Below are positions 52,167-61,487 of a stretch of DNA of 64,000 nucleotides, in pieces (within the stretch, counting starts at the first letter, position 1; each line of letters opens with the position of its first letter). Source of the stretch: Candidatus Dojkabacteria bacterium (lineage in GTDB: Bacteria > Patescibacteriota > Dojkabacteria > JAOAGR01); contig AP026679.1 of the NCBI GenBank assembly GCA_025999155.1, positions 291,996 to 355,995 of the forward strand, read 5' to 3'. Below the pieces are notes generated by a model. The model was not told the DNA's origin. It searched no databases and worked only from the letters and a program-made list of their open reading frames with translations. A program made the translations under genes and the position numbers.

Positions 52167-54518
52167 CTATAAATGCTCAGAATACATCATTGGTATCTCA
52201 TACTTCCCATCTTCTACAAGATTTTGCCAGATTTCCTCCGTTATAAACGGAATAAACGGATGAAGCATTTTCAGATATGACTTCAAACTATAAAACAAAA
52301 CTATTTGGGCGGCTTTGCGAGATTCATGATCAGAAGCATTCTCAGCATTTACTTTAACTCTGGATTTGACACTCTCAAGATACACATCACAAAATGTATG
52401 CCAGAAACTAGCATATAATTTTTCTGTAATCTTACCAAACCTAAAATTATCAAAACTGCTATGAAATTCGTGATCAAGTTTATCTAAATGATCTAACATA
52501 TCCAAATCTTCCTGACTAAATTCAATTGTCCCTTCGAATCTATTACGCAGCTCAGTAACGGACTTTATGCTGTTAATACTAGATATATCCAGATCCCCAA
52601 TATTCATCATTACAAATTTTGAAGCATTCCATATTTTATTATTGAAATTACGAAAAGTCTTCAAAGTAGCTTCTGTAATAGCATAATCGCGTCCTGCTCG
52701 GTTTTGATAGTAACAATTCATTCGAAACGCATCCACCCCATAATTTTCTATAATCTTGTCAATAGGTACAAAATTTCCTCGTGACTTACTCATTTTTTGA
52801 CCGTCGGTACCCTTTACTAAACCAGTCAAATATAAGTTTTTAAACGGAGGTTTATTAGTCTTATAAATACCAAACAAAATCATAAATAAGTCCCATTTTA
52901 TCAATAAATCGTATCCTGAAACCAACACATCAGTAGGATATGCAACATCCATCAACCCATGAGTACTTAGACAAATTAATGGCCATTGACCCGAACTAAA
53001 CCATGTATCCAAAATATTTTCGTCCTGTATCCAACCATCTCCCGGAGATTCTATTTGGACTCTCATTTGATCCGGATTATTAGGATCTAAGTCCTCCCAA
53101 TCTCCTGCTATATTGATACGTACTCTCACCTTTCCACTGTCATCGATAAACTCCTCTACTACACCTCGATACCATACTGGAAGACGATAACCCCACCATA
53201 AATTACGAGATATAGCCCAATCCCTTAGATTAGTCACCCACGATATATATTTATTTGCGGCATATTTTGGATATATCCTAAGTTCGCCTGTCTTTATTAT
53301 ATCTAGCATCCTTTGCTTGAATCTAGAGACACTGATAAACCATTGCGAAGCCATCAATGGTTCGATGACAGCTCCAGTCCTTTCACTTACCAATATGTTT
53401 TGTGTTATCTCTTCCTCTTTAACCAGTAAGCCTAAGTGTCTTAAATCCTCAACTATCACCTCACGTGCTTCTTTTGTTGTAAGACCCTTGTATTTATCTG
53501 GTATGGGGCCACAAAGTCTTGCATTATGATCAATGATATTAACATAATCTATAATAACCTTATCGGCATTTAGCAAATCTTCCTGGCTCTTATTCCATTC
53601 AAGCATGATTTCATAATCCTCGGAGGAATGAGCAGGCGTTAATTTTAAAACTCCAGTACCAAAATCCTTCTCTACTCGACCGCTAGTGATAATAGGAATT
53701 TCTCGATTGACTATTGGTAGTATAGCTTTCCGACCTACTAAAGACTTATATCTATCATCCGTTGGATTGACTACCACTCCTGTATCTCCTAGCATCGTTT
53801 CTGGGCGAGTTGTAGCTATCACCAAATGATCAATACCCAACGAGTTAGAAACTAAAGGATATTTGATGTAATACAGTTTACCTTGTACTTTTTTTCTCTC
53901 GCACTGTGAATCTGATATTGCGCTTTGAGATTTCGTATCCCAATTGACTATTCTCACACCTCTATAAATTAGTCCATCCTTATACATCTGTACAAAAGTA
54001 GATAAAACTTCATTTATTACTTTCGGATCCATGGTGTACAGGTCCCTATCAAAATCTGCCGATAGACCTACTCTTTGTTCATCGTCTCGAATCAACTGAA
54101 TAAAATGCTGCTGATTTTGATACACTTGGTTAAAGAATTCCTCTCTAGTAAAGTCGAACTTTGATTTACCTTGAGGCTCTAAAAAGTACTTTATATAAGA
54201 TACTTCCCCTTCTATTCCTGCGTGATCTTTACCTGGAATGAGTAATACTCGGTTTCCCAACATACGCTGGAACCTTCCCATAGCATCCATATACTGATAC
54301 CCCGATAAATTACCCATATGAGGCCTATCATAAGCATTCGGCGGAGGACATACCAACGTCCATTTTGGAGTTGAATCTCGTGTATATTCTTCAAAATTAT
54401 CTACTTTGCGTGTTTTCGGATTAAACTCAGGCTTAAAAAAAGGTCCACTATACCAAAACTTTAAAATTTTGTTCTCTGTATCCTTGAAGTTATACTGTCC
54501 TTGAGGTAATTGTTTCAT
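52167..54518 (-). CDS. valS: Valine--tRNA ligase lacking the C-terminal coiled-coil arm (likely start 54518)
   Basis: PPPN...HMGN, PG.DHAGI, ATTRPETMLGD, DTWFSS, KMSKS, LHPFIPFITEEIW. Confidence 0.93.
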   Translation of the reverse strand: MKQLPQGQYNFKDTENKILKFWYSGPFFKPEFNPKTRKVDNFEEYTRDSTPKWTLVCPPPNAYDRPHMGNLSGYQYMDAMGRFQRMLGNRVLLIPGKDHAGIEGEVSYIKYFLEPQGKSKFDFTREEFFNQVYQNQQHFIQLIRDDEQRVGLSADFDRDLYTMDPKVINEVLSTFVQMYKDGLIYRGVRIVNWDTKSQSAISDSQCERKKVQGKLYYIKYPLVSNSLGIDHLVIATTRPETMLGDTGVVVNPTDDRYKSLVGRKAILPIVNREIPIITSGRVEKDFGTGVLKLTPAHSSEDYEIMLEWNKSQEDLLNADKVIIDYVNIIDHNARLCGPIPDKYKGLTTKEAREVIVEDLRHLGLLVKEEEITQNILVSERTGAVIEPLMASQWFISVSRFKQRMLDIIKTGELRIYPKYAANKYISWVTNLRDWAISRNLWWGYRLPVWYRGVVEEFIDDSGKVRVRINIAGDWEDLDPNNPDQMRVQIESPGDGWIQDENILDTWFSSGQWPLICLSTHGLMDVAYPTDVLVSGYDLLIKWDLFMILFGIYKTNKPPFKNLYLTGLVKGTDGQKMSKSRGNFVPIDKIIENYGVDAFRMNCYYQNRAGRDYAITEATLKTFRNFNNKIWNASKFVMMNIGDLDISSINSIKSVTELRNRFEGTIEFSQEDLDMLDHLDKLDHEFHSSFDNFRFGKITEKLYASFWHTFCDVYLESVKSRVKVNAENASDHESRKAAQIVLFYSLKSYLKMLHPFIPFITEEIWQNLVEDGKYEIPMMYSEHL

Positions 54519-54715
54519 ACTTGTAATTATCAAACTTTTATGACAAAAGTTAAAAATACAACCTACACTTATCGCATCAAATTCAACAAATATGCTATCC
54601 TAACGGCACCACTACCTACCAACATCATGACAGCCCAAATATGTAATATTGCTTTAAAGCGCATTTTACCATAAAAATCTGTACATACAAACGAAAGAGA
54701 TACAATACACTTCAT

Positions 54716-55447
54716 CTAATCTAACAAACTTTCCAATTCCATCAATTGTTCCGGAGTATTAACTCCCAAGACTTCACGAGAGTGTGTCGCAGTGAACGCG
54801 CATACCTTATAACCTTTATTTACAAGAATCTCAATAGCGTCTGTCAAATAATATTCTCCTTTGGCATTATTATTTTTAATCTGATCTAATACATCAAATA
54901 AATAACGTCCATCAAATACCATTATACCTGAATTGATTTCTTTGATGAGTTTTTCATCATCTGTAGCATCCTTTTCCTCGACAATTTTTCGAATACTGCC
55001 GTCATGATATCGTACAATTCTTCCGTAATTGAAAGGAACATCTAATACGGCAGTCAGGACGGTACAGGCAGCTTTTTTGTCGGCGTGAAAACGCAATAAA
55101 TTTGTTAAGGTCTCTAATGATATGAGAGGCACATCCCCTAATAAAATTAAAATATTCCCCTCGAAGTCTTTCAATAAAGGCTGTGTCGCTTTGACAGCAT
55201 GCCCGGTGCCTAATTGTTCTGTTTGTATAGCATATTCTAAATTATGAAATTTACTAGTTGCTTGTATCACGTCATCTTTTTTATAACCCACTACAAGAAT
55301 AAGCTTTCTTGGATTAAGTTGAGATGCCGCTTCAATCGTGTACTCAATCATAGGTTTACCCTTGAGAGCGTGTAGTACTTTCGGTAACTCTGAACGCATC
55401 CTCGTACCCTTGCCAGCAGCTAATATTACAATACCGATATTCTCCAT
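54716..55447 (-). CDS. Stand-alone GlmU N-terminal (uridyltransferase) domain (likely start 55447)
   Basis: ILAAGKGTRMRS..PKVLH, EQLGTGHAV, GDVPLI, YGRIVR, EYYLTD, GVN; no hexapeptide acetyltransferase domain. Confidence 0.9.
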   Translation of the reverse strand: MENIGIVILAAGKGTRMRSELPKVLHALKGKPMIEYTIEAASQLNPRKLILVVGYKKDDVIQATSKFHNLEYAIQTEQLGTGHAVKATQPLLKDFEGNILILLGDVPLISLETLTNLLRFHADKKAACTVLTAVLDVPFNYGRIVRYHDGSIRKIVEEKDATDDEKLIKEINSGIMVFDGRYLFDVLDQIKNNNAKGEYYLTDAIEILVNKGYKVCAFTATHSREVLGVNTPEQLMELESLLD

Positions 55448-55610
55448 TATTCCATTGTATGCGAAAACCCATAAAGCTACAAACTTCAAAGACAACTATA
55501 ATCTAATCCTAAAATCTTTTGTTTAATGATTTACTACTATAAAAATCATAATTTCCGTATAGAGTATAAATTAATATTTTACGAATAGCTATAAATTCCT
55601 ATAATATAAC

Positions 55611-56285
55611 ATGTCTATCTTAGATCTACTCCACACTCATATATGTACGGCCTTTGATAAACAAGTTGCTCTGTCAGAATTCTTAGGTCAGAATTATTTA
55701 TGGGAAATAGATTTGAATAAATGCGTTATAAAATTTTCAGAAACAGCCTATAAGAAAAGAGTTTCACCATCTATACAAGTACTAGGCACAGAGTCCAAAA
55801 TTGATAATTCCTGGTTATGGGCATGGGCAAATCCTGAATTACAAAATCTTCCGAAACTTATCGAGAAATCCCATCAATTAAACACTGTAGGCATAGAAAA
55901 TTCCATCCCGTTGTTGACTAACAGCATAATCGCACTCGATAAATTTCCTTACATCGGACATTTGGTTAGTTTGATAGCGGTATCTTATTTTAACATGTCA
56001 GGTTATTTCCGCGCTGAAATCAAAGATGGCTTCGCCTATGTACTACTAGAAAATTTGCCTTTAGAATTGAAAATAACACCTCAAAAAATCATTAACAACT
56101 TCAACAAACTGACAAAGATTTTTGACTTCGACCATAAACTAGCATTGAGAGTATATCTACCTCATCATGGGTACATCATCGAAGAAGAAACAAACCAACA
56201 ATGAATAGCCAAACATCAATTGAATCCAAGACTAATAATAATTTTTGATGCTGATAACAAAGTCAAAGAAATAAAATTAGCTTGA
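55611..56285 (+). CDS. DUF6882-like protein with an internal TGA at 56202-56204 (probably truncated)
   Basis: QVLGTES...SWLWAWAN motif; frame stays open after the TGA (IAKHQLNPRLIIIFDADNKVKEIKLA*). Confidence 0.7.
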
Positions 56286-56383
56286 TATATTCGACCACAA
56301 CAACACACAAATCCCCAACCATATTATTTAGAATCACGCAGCTATGCAAGACAATATAGACTAATGGTATAATCTAATGACAA

Positions 56384-56457
56384 TGCCAGATCGTCTAATG
56401 GTAGGACAAGGGACTCTGGATCCCTGTATCTAGGTTCGAATCCTAGTCTGGCAGCCA
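56384..56457 (+). tRNA. tRNA-Gln(CTG)
   Basis: TGCCAGA/TCTGGCA acceptor, AGGGA-CTCTGGA-TCCCT, CTAGG-TTCGAAT-CCTAG, CCA. Confidence 0.94.
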
Positions 56458-56569
56458 GTAATAAGAAATAGGTCGAGATTTAGCGACTGTCTCACAGGCC
56501 TCTGCAACAAGTGTATAAAGTCCGCTTTCTTCTAATTTGCAGTCATCCACCGATTGATTTAAAAATTGA

Positions 56570-57106
56570 TTAATATTCCTGCTTTAGTGTGAATGTGTGT
56601 GTTGCATAGAATTGAGGAATTTTCAAAGGCTGTTTTACCATCTTCATGCTAAAGGATAATATGGTTGGGCTCCGTTTTTCAATGTCCCTTTTCTGTTTTC
56701 TTTTTCGCTTTTTAACGTTGATTATCCTTGACCAATCTAGCCGCTCTTTTTCTGTGCCTTCCAAAAAATAACTCATCAATTCATAGCCTAAAATTTGATT
56801 TTGTTCTTATTTTGTCAATTTATGGACATATTTTTCGTTTAGAAGCAATCACCTTTAATATATTCACTGATGCTGATAGTACGCTGTTGACCATACAGTA
56901 ATGCAGAGCAGCCATCTTCGTGCACCATCCAAATACATCACATTGAGCGGAAAGTTATTTTTGATAGTTTCTATCACGGCATTACGTTGCTTTTCTTTGT
57001 AAAGAAACTCACACTGGTATTTTGATTTTGGTCGAATATCCTGCTTCCTGCCGTAGGCCTCATCATCTTCTTCTGCGTTAGCCTTATAGTTAGCAATTAC
57101 TTCTTT
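56570..57106 (-). pseudogene. Degraded gene fragment, possibly a transposase C-terminus
   Basis: Start-less frame ...LYKEKQRNAVIETIKNNFPLNVMYLDGARRWLLCITVWSTAYYQ*; weak resemblance to IS4/IS1634-type C-termini; next to a tRNA 3' end. Confidence 0.25.
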
Positions 57107-57144
57107 TTAATTACTTTCTCTTCGCACGAGAAAAACTTAATAGC

Positions 57145-57690
57145 TTGATGAAGCAAAACCCTCAAACTACGGGACAGATTGAGCAAATTCTCAGGAAATA
57201 TTATCCCATTTCTTTTGACACCGTATGTAATTATTTGTCTCAAAAATCACAAAAATATCCACAGGACTCTATTGTATCTGTAGCGGAGATTAAAAAGTTG
57301 AATCTAGATTTGTTTAATAATTTGCATAGAGATTCGAATAATACCTATTTGTATAATTATCTAAAATCAGATGAAGACATACATGCATTAGACCGCGAAT
57401 TACATCTTCCTCTACCGTATTTTGAAGTACGTTATCCTGGTGTATTAGTAGCGTCATCCTATACATACTCTGCCTGTATACTTGAATTATTATTCACACA
57501 TACTGACCTTAAACTAGACACAATGCTACAATTAAGAACATTAGAAAATCCGATAGAGGCACGAAAAGAAATACGTCAGATAATTGGAGCAAAATTATTC
57601 AAGAGATTGTACCGACTAGACCTGCAATCCCGCGAGCAATGCAAACAAGCTCTACTCGATGTACAAAATCACTTCGGAGTTAGGTTATGA
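57145..57690 (+). CDS. Hypothetical protein, paralog of 57687
   Basis: Shares Y...ILE..F...IR..IG.KL...AL with the next gene. Confidence 0.7.
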   Translation: MMKQNPQTTGQIEQILRKYYPISFDTVCNYLSQKSQKYPQDSIVSVAEIKKLNLDLFNNLHRDSNNTYLYNYLKSDEDIHALDRELHLPLPYFEVRYPGVLVASSYTYSACILELLFTHTDLKLDTMLQLRTLENPIEARKEIRQIIGAKLFKRLYRLDLQSREQCKQALLDVQNHFGVRL

Positions 57691-58364
57691 TTGGGGAAAT
57701 ACTGATTGCTCTAAAAAGTGAAAATATGCTCCCATACAGCACTGATGATAAATGGAAAAATATATGGGACAAATTACAGAATTTACCAGCCGAAACTCTT
57801 CGGTCTAGCTGTTCAAAACAGGGAATTATTGATTGGTTATTGAGGTTAATACCTACACGTTCACTAGCTACGAATCGTAAGTTAGGCAGTTCAAATACAT
57901 CGACTTACTCTAACATCCCTATAGCATACTTATATCCAGAAGAAATGGCTAAAAATCTACAGCAGCTCATTATCGAACAATTTACCGATCTCCCACTAAG
58001 GGAATATCTTTTACAAACGTTCACATTTGTTAAGGATAGATTATTCAGAGATGATATTCGTGATCCGGGAGATCCAACAAAAACACTCCCACCTCTGATA
58101 TACTGGACTATAAACAGTCGTGGTTTCTCTTTGGTCATTCCAACGTATGCAGCATATGCCGTGAGAATATTAGAAGCAAAATTCCCTGGAGTCCTGACAG
58201 ACTTGCTGGAAGGACTAAACAGCAATAACAAAAAAGAAGTATTAGACCGGATAAGAGACAGAATTGGTCATAAATTGTACGAAGGTTTAGCTGCTCAGGA
58301 TTATTCTAAACAAGGTTTCAATACAGCACTTAGCATGATACGAAAACACACTCGACAAAAGTAG
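57687..58364 (+). CDS. Hypothetical protein, paralog of 57145
   Basis: ATGA overlap with the upstream gene; shared C-terminal motif. Confidence 0.7.
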   Translation: MIGEILIALKSENMLPYSTDDKWKNIWDKLQNLPAETLRSSCSKQGIIDWLLRLIPTRSLATNRKLGSSNTSTYSNIPIAYLYPEEMAKNLQQLIIEQFTDLPLREYLLQTFTFVKDRLFRDDIRDPGDPTKTLPPLIYWTINSRGFSLVIPTYAAYAVRILEAKFPGVLTDLLEGLNSNNKKEVLDRIRDRIGHKLYEGLAAQDYSKQGFNTALSMIRKHTRQK

Positions 58365-58396
58365 TGACAGTCAAACATAATCTTACATTAATCCCC

Positions 58397-59068
58397 CTAT
58401 ACTTCTCTCCCCTTCCCTATCTTATATCTTCTCCAATACAGATAACCTAAAAGTACGACTAGTATACTAGCTATCACTTTAGACACTATACTTGTAATAC
58501 TTTCTAAAGAATCTGCTCCCTGTAAATAGGCAGAGCCCATCTGCCAACCAATAATCAGAAAAATTATATTCCTGACAATTCCTCCACAAAAAAAACTAAC
58601 AAAATAAGAAAGAGGATTTATTCTTAATACACCACAAGACACAGCAATAACCACACTCGGCATGACAGGCACAGATCGCAAAAACATTATTGTCAACTCA
58701 TCTTTTTTAGTACCATCTAATCTTGACTGCAAGTTTTGAATTTCATCCCAACTAACTCCAGTAAACTTCTTAGTTTTGTCAATAACAGGCTTACTTCCGA
58801 AATAACCTACAGCATACATGACATAAGATCCTAAAGTCGCACCAAAGCTCCCGACAATAGCCACTAAAAACATATTAGTGACAAGTCCTACAGAAATATC
58901 ATTATAATGTCCTAATAAAGCCGCTCCTGACGACATCATAACAAGAGGAGAAGGAATAGGTGCGATAATTTCTTCTACAGCCGACCCAATAAATACACCT
59001 AGTAAACCGTACTTAGCGATAATCTCCAAAACCCAATCTATAATATTTTTCACGATCTCCATGGTCAA
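58397..59068 (-). CDS. DedA/VTT family membrane protein
   Basis: EEIIAPIPS, GS.GA.LGS...Y.VG..G, LRSVP. Confidence 0.9.
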   Translation of the reverse strand: MTMEIVKNIIDWVLEIIAKYGLLGVFIGSAVEEIIAPIPSPLVMMSSGAALLGHYNDISVGLVTNMFLVAIVGSFGATLGSYVMYAVGYFGSKPVIDKTKKFTGVSWDEIQNLQSRLDGTKKDELTIMFLRSVPVMPSVVIAVSCGVLRINPLSYFVSFFCGGIVRNIIFLIIGWQMGSAYLQGADSLESITSIVSKVIASILVVLLGYLYWRRYKIGKGREV

Positions 59069-59104
59069 AATGATACACGATATTATGTTTTTGCAAAATT
59101 ATTC

Positions 59105-59797
59105 TCACTTGACTGAGAATGATGCATCCCATTTTCGAAATAATGCTGCAGTTGCTAGTACATCTCCATAACAATATCGAGCAACCTCAAGACCCTTGCC
59201 TTCTTTTATCATTGTCGTAACATCATATCCACACATCGTTTCTTTTGGACTTTTTATACCAAAAGCCTTGCAATAGAAATCTAAATTAAACCTTTTAATT
59301 GTGCCGTTAAATGTCAACTCTTCAAGAAGATCTATATGTGGATTAAATCCATTTGAAGTACGAAATCTAGGTGTCATAAGTTCAATCGAACATTTAACCC
59401 CTAAAATTGCTGATCGAATCCGAATAAACGGAATATCAAACGCTCTACCATTAAATGTAATATATCTGTCGTACTTTACTATAGTCTCCCAAAAATGTTC
59501 TAATATTTCCTTTTCATCACAAGCATAGTATTTCACATTTTCTTCCTCAAATTCGCTTGTTTCAAACTCTCCTAGACTCGGAGTATAAAAAACTGCCCCT
59601 CTATCTGAATCAACGTTATACATAGCAACGGTGACTATTTTACCCGTAAGTGGATATAGTCCCAATCCCTCCTTTATTAAACGTATTTCTTCATCATCTT
59701 TTGCGTACTTGATTAAATACTCTTGCTGTACCTGATCTAGATCTTTATCGAAATCCAGCCCTACTGTTTCTATATCAAAAACTACTCTGCTTAACAT
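59105..59797 (-). CDS. DEDD 3'-5' exonuclease (PolB-like/RNase H fold)
   Basis: FDIET, TFNGRAFDIPF, HIDL, YC.GDV. Confidence 0.9.
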   Translation of the reverse strand: MLSRVVFDIETVGLDFDKDLDQVQQEYLIKYAKDDEEIRLIKEGLGLYPLTGKIVTVAMYNVDSDRGAVFYTPSLGEFETSEFEEENVKYYACDEKEILEHFWETIVKYDRYITFNGRAFDIPFIRIRSAILGVKCSIELMTPRFRTSNGFNPHIDLLEELTFNGTIKRFNLDFYCKAFGIKSPKETMCGYDVTTMIKEGKGLEVARYCYGDVLATAALFRKWDASFSVK

Positions 59798-59912
59798 AAG
59801 TCAATTATATTTATATCACCATAATCAAACAAAATTTTAATTAACAAACAAAAATATATCTACAATCGTAAAAATGCAAATTTAAAACGACTTTGTAAGT
59901 AAATGATTCTAC

Positions 59913-60392
59913 TTACTCACTAAATAATAGCATGAACCAAGTTTGCCAATTTGATCTGGCTGTATTTTCTTTATCATATTGACCACTAGCGGGAGTAGGC
60001 AATACTGTAGGATTAGGTTTTTCGATCAAATAAATTGCCTCACCAGGTTTTTTATAACCTAACGACCGATATAAAGATTCTGTCTCAGATTCACTAGCAA
60101 TAGCTTCATTTTCTTTTCTTAATATCCTGTTCTCATTTTCAAGCTCATTTACTTGTTGATACAAAAGCTGCAATCTATTCTCTGCCTGATAACCCTCCTC
60201 AAGAGAATTCAATAATCTCATCCCAAAGAAACTTATGATGAAAAAGAACACAAGAAACCAACCTAAAAGTTTTAATGGTTCGATCTCATTTGTCCCAATT
60301 TTTGCCCTGAGACGCTTCCACAGAAGATTGTGTCTATACACTATCATGAATATGCTAAATATATTACTTTTTACATGATATTTAAATGCCAA
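59913..60392 (-). CDS. Septum formation initiator (FtsB/DivIC-like); start uncertain
   Basis: Single TM, coiled coil, E..R.LGYKKPGE motif. Confidence 0.7.
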   Translation of the reverse strand: MAFKYHVKSNIFSIFMIVYRHNLLWKRLRAKIGTNEIEPLKLLGWFLVFFFIISFFGMRLLNSLEEGYQAENRLQLLYQQVNELENENRILRKENEAIASESETESLYRSLGYKKPGEAIYLIEKPNPTVLPTPASGQYDKENTARSNWQTWFMLLFSE

Positions 60393-60394
60393 AT

Positions 60395-60439
60395 AAAAAA
60401 TCCTCTCTGTATCAGAGAGGATTTCGGTAAAAGAAGCCT
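60395..60439 (-). ncRNA. Candidate ~45-nt small RNA: 17-nt single-stranded 5' segment plus intrinsic terminator
   Basis: 5'-AGGCUUCUUUUACCGAAAUCCUCUCUG-AUA-CAGAGAGGAUUUUUU; the 5' 17 nt are complementary to 14231-14247. Confidence 0.6.
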
Positions 60440-60444
60440 GTATG

Positions 60445-60472
60445 ATGATACCACAACACGCACATAATGCAA
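60445..60472 (-). promoter_or_regulatory. Sigma70 promoter for the candidate sRNA
   Basis: TTGCAT-N16-TATCAT with extended -10 TG; predicted start 60439/60438. Confidence 0.6.
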
Positions 60473-60512
60473 TTAACCTATATCCTTACTATACAGCAGC
60501 GTGAACACGAGT

Positions 60513-60878
60513 TTATTTCCGGTAATTTCGTGAAACCAGTAGCTCAAAAAAACTAAATACGACGAATAAAGCGGCGAAAACTTGTATATCCAAAATCCCA
60601 TATATTTTGAGCATCACCAAAACAAAACTAAATATGCCAAAAACAAAAGCTCGCTTCACATAGACTTTTGTAATAATATCTTCATATAAATGTAGGTACC
60701 AATAAGCTAAAACCTGCAGGACCGCAAACAACGACCCTAACAAAACGCTTGTATTCAATGCAAAAATAAAAACATGTACATTATTCAAAAGACCACTATG
60801 ATTAATCGGATTCAACAAAAAAATAATTAATATTTCAACAATCAATGAAACAATAAACACAACTAACGTGATAAACAT
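60513..60878 (-). CDS. Hypothetical 4-TM membrane protein
   Basis: Four hydrophobic segments; L.P and R..L-like patterns. Confidence 0.75.
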   Translation of the reverse strand: MFITLVVFIVSLIVEILIIFLLNPINHSGLLNNVHVFIFALNTSVLLGSLFAVLQVLAYWYLHLYEDIITKVYVKRAFVFGIFSFVLVMLKIYGILDIQVFAALFVVFSFFELLVSRNYRK

Positions 60879-61043
60879 ACTCTCTTTTCCTGATATTTAT
60901 TAGCTTAGTAGAATATTATTAACAATCCCGAATAAATCCAAGTCCTTTTGTTATAAAAGACAGTTTCGAAAAGTCAATACCCCAAAACGTACAGAATTTT
61001 TAGTCCTTCGATATATTGCCCACAGCCATAAAACTTCTTTAAA

Positions 61044-61439
61044 TTAATCACGAATCAGCAGCGGAACAAGATCATCAGGAACAGCCATCACCGACAGCCG
61101 AGGATTTCTGACCAGCAGAAAATCGCGAAATAAAATATTAGATTTAATCTCTTTTAGAAAAACAGGAGTTTTAAATTTTCTCTCGAACATTATCTCTACT
61201 GCATATGAGGGACGAGGAGCGTTCAAATCTTGAAAAGGCTCGCTACATACACTGCACATACCCACAATAGCTTTATCTTTTTGAGAATGATAAATCAACA
61301 CCTTATCACCAGTCTTCATTGATTTGATAAAATTAATAGCCTGAAAATTATATACCCCATCCCAAATAGTTTTTAACTCTCGAGCTAAATCGTCTATTGA
61401 GTAACAGTCTGGATCTGTTTTAAACAAAAAATATCTCAT
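61044..61439 (-). CDS. EVE domain protein (PUA-like)
   Basis: YFLFKTDP..YSIDDL...WDGV.NFQA...MK.GD..LIYHS...RLSV. Confidence 0.93.
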   Translation of the reverse strand: MRYFLFKTDPDCYSIDDLARELKTIWDGVYNFQAINFIKSMKTGDKVLIYHSQKDKAIVGMCSVCSEPFQDLNAPRPSYAVEIMFERKFKTPVFLKEIKSNILFRDFLLVRNPRLSVMAVPDDLVPLLIRD

Positions 61440-61487
61440 ACATGCTATTCATTTGTATCATTAATACTTTACCGTATAATTGTGAGA

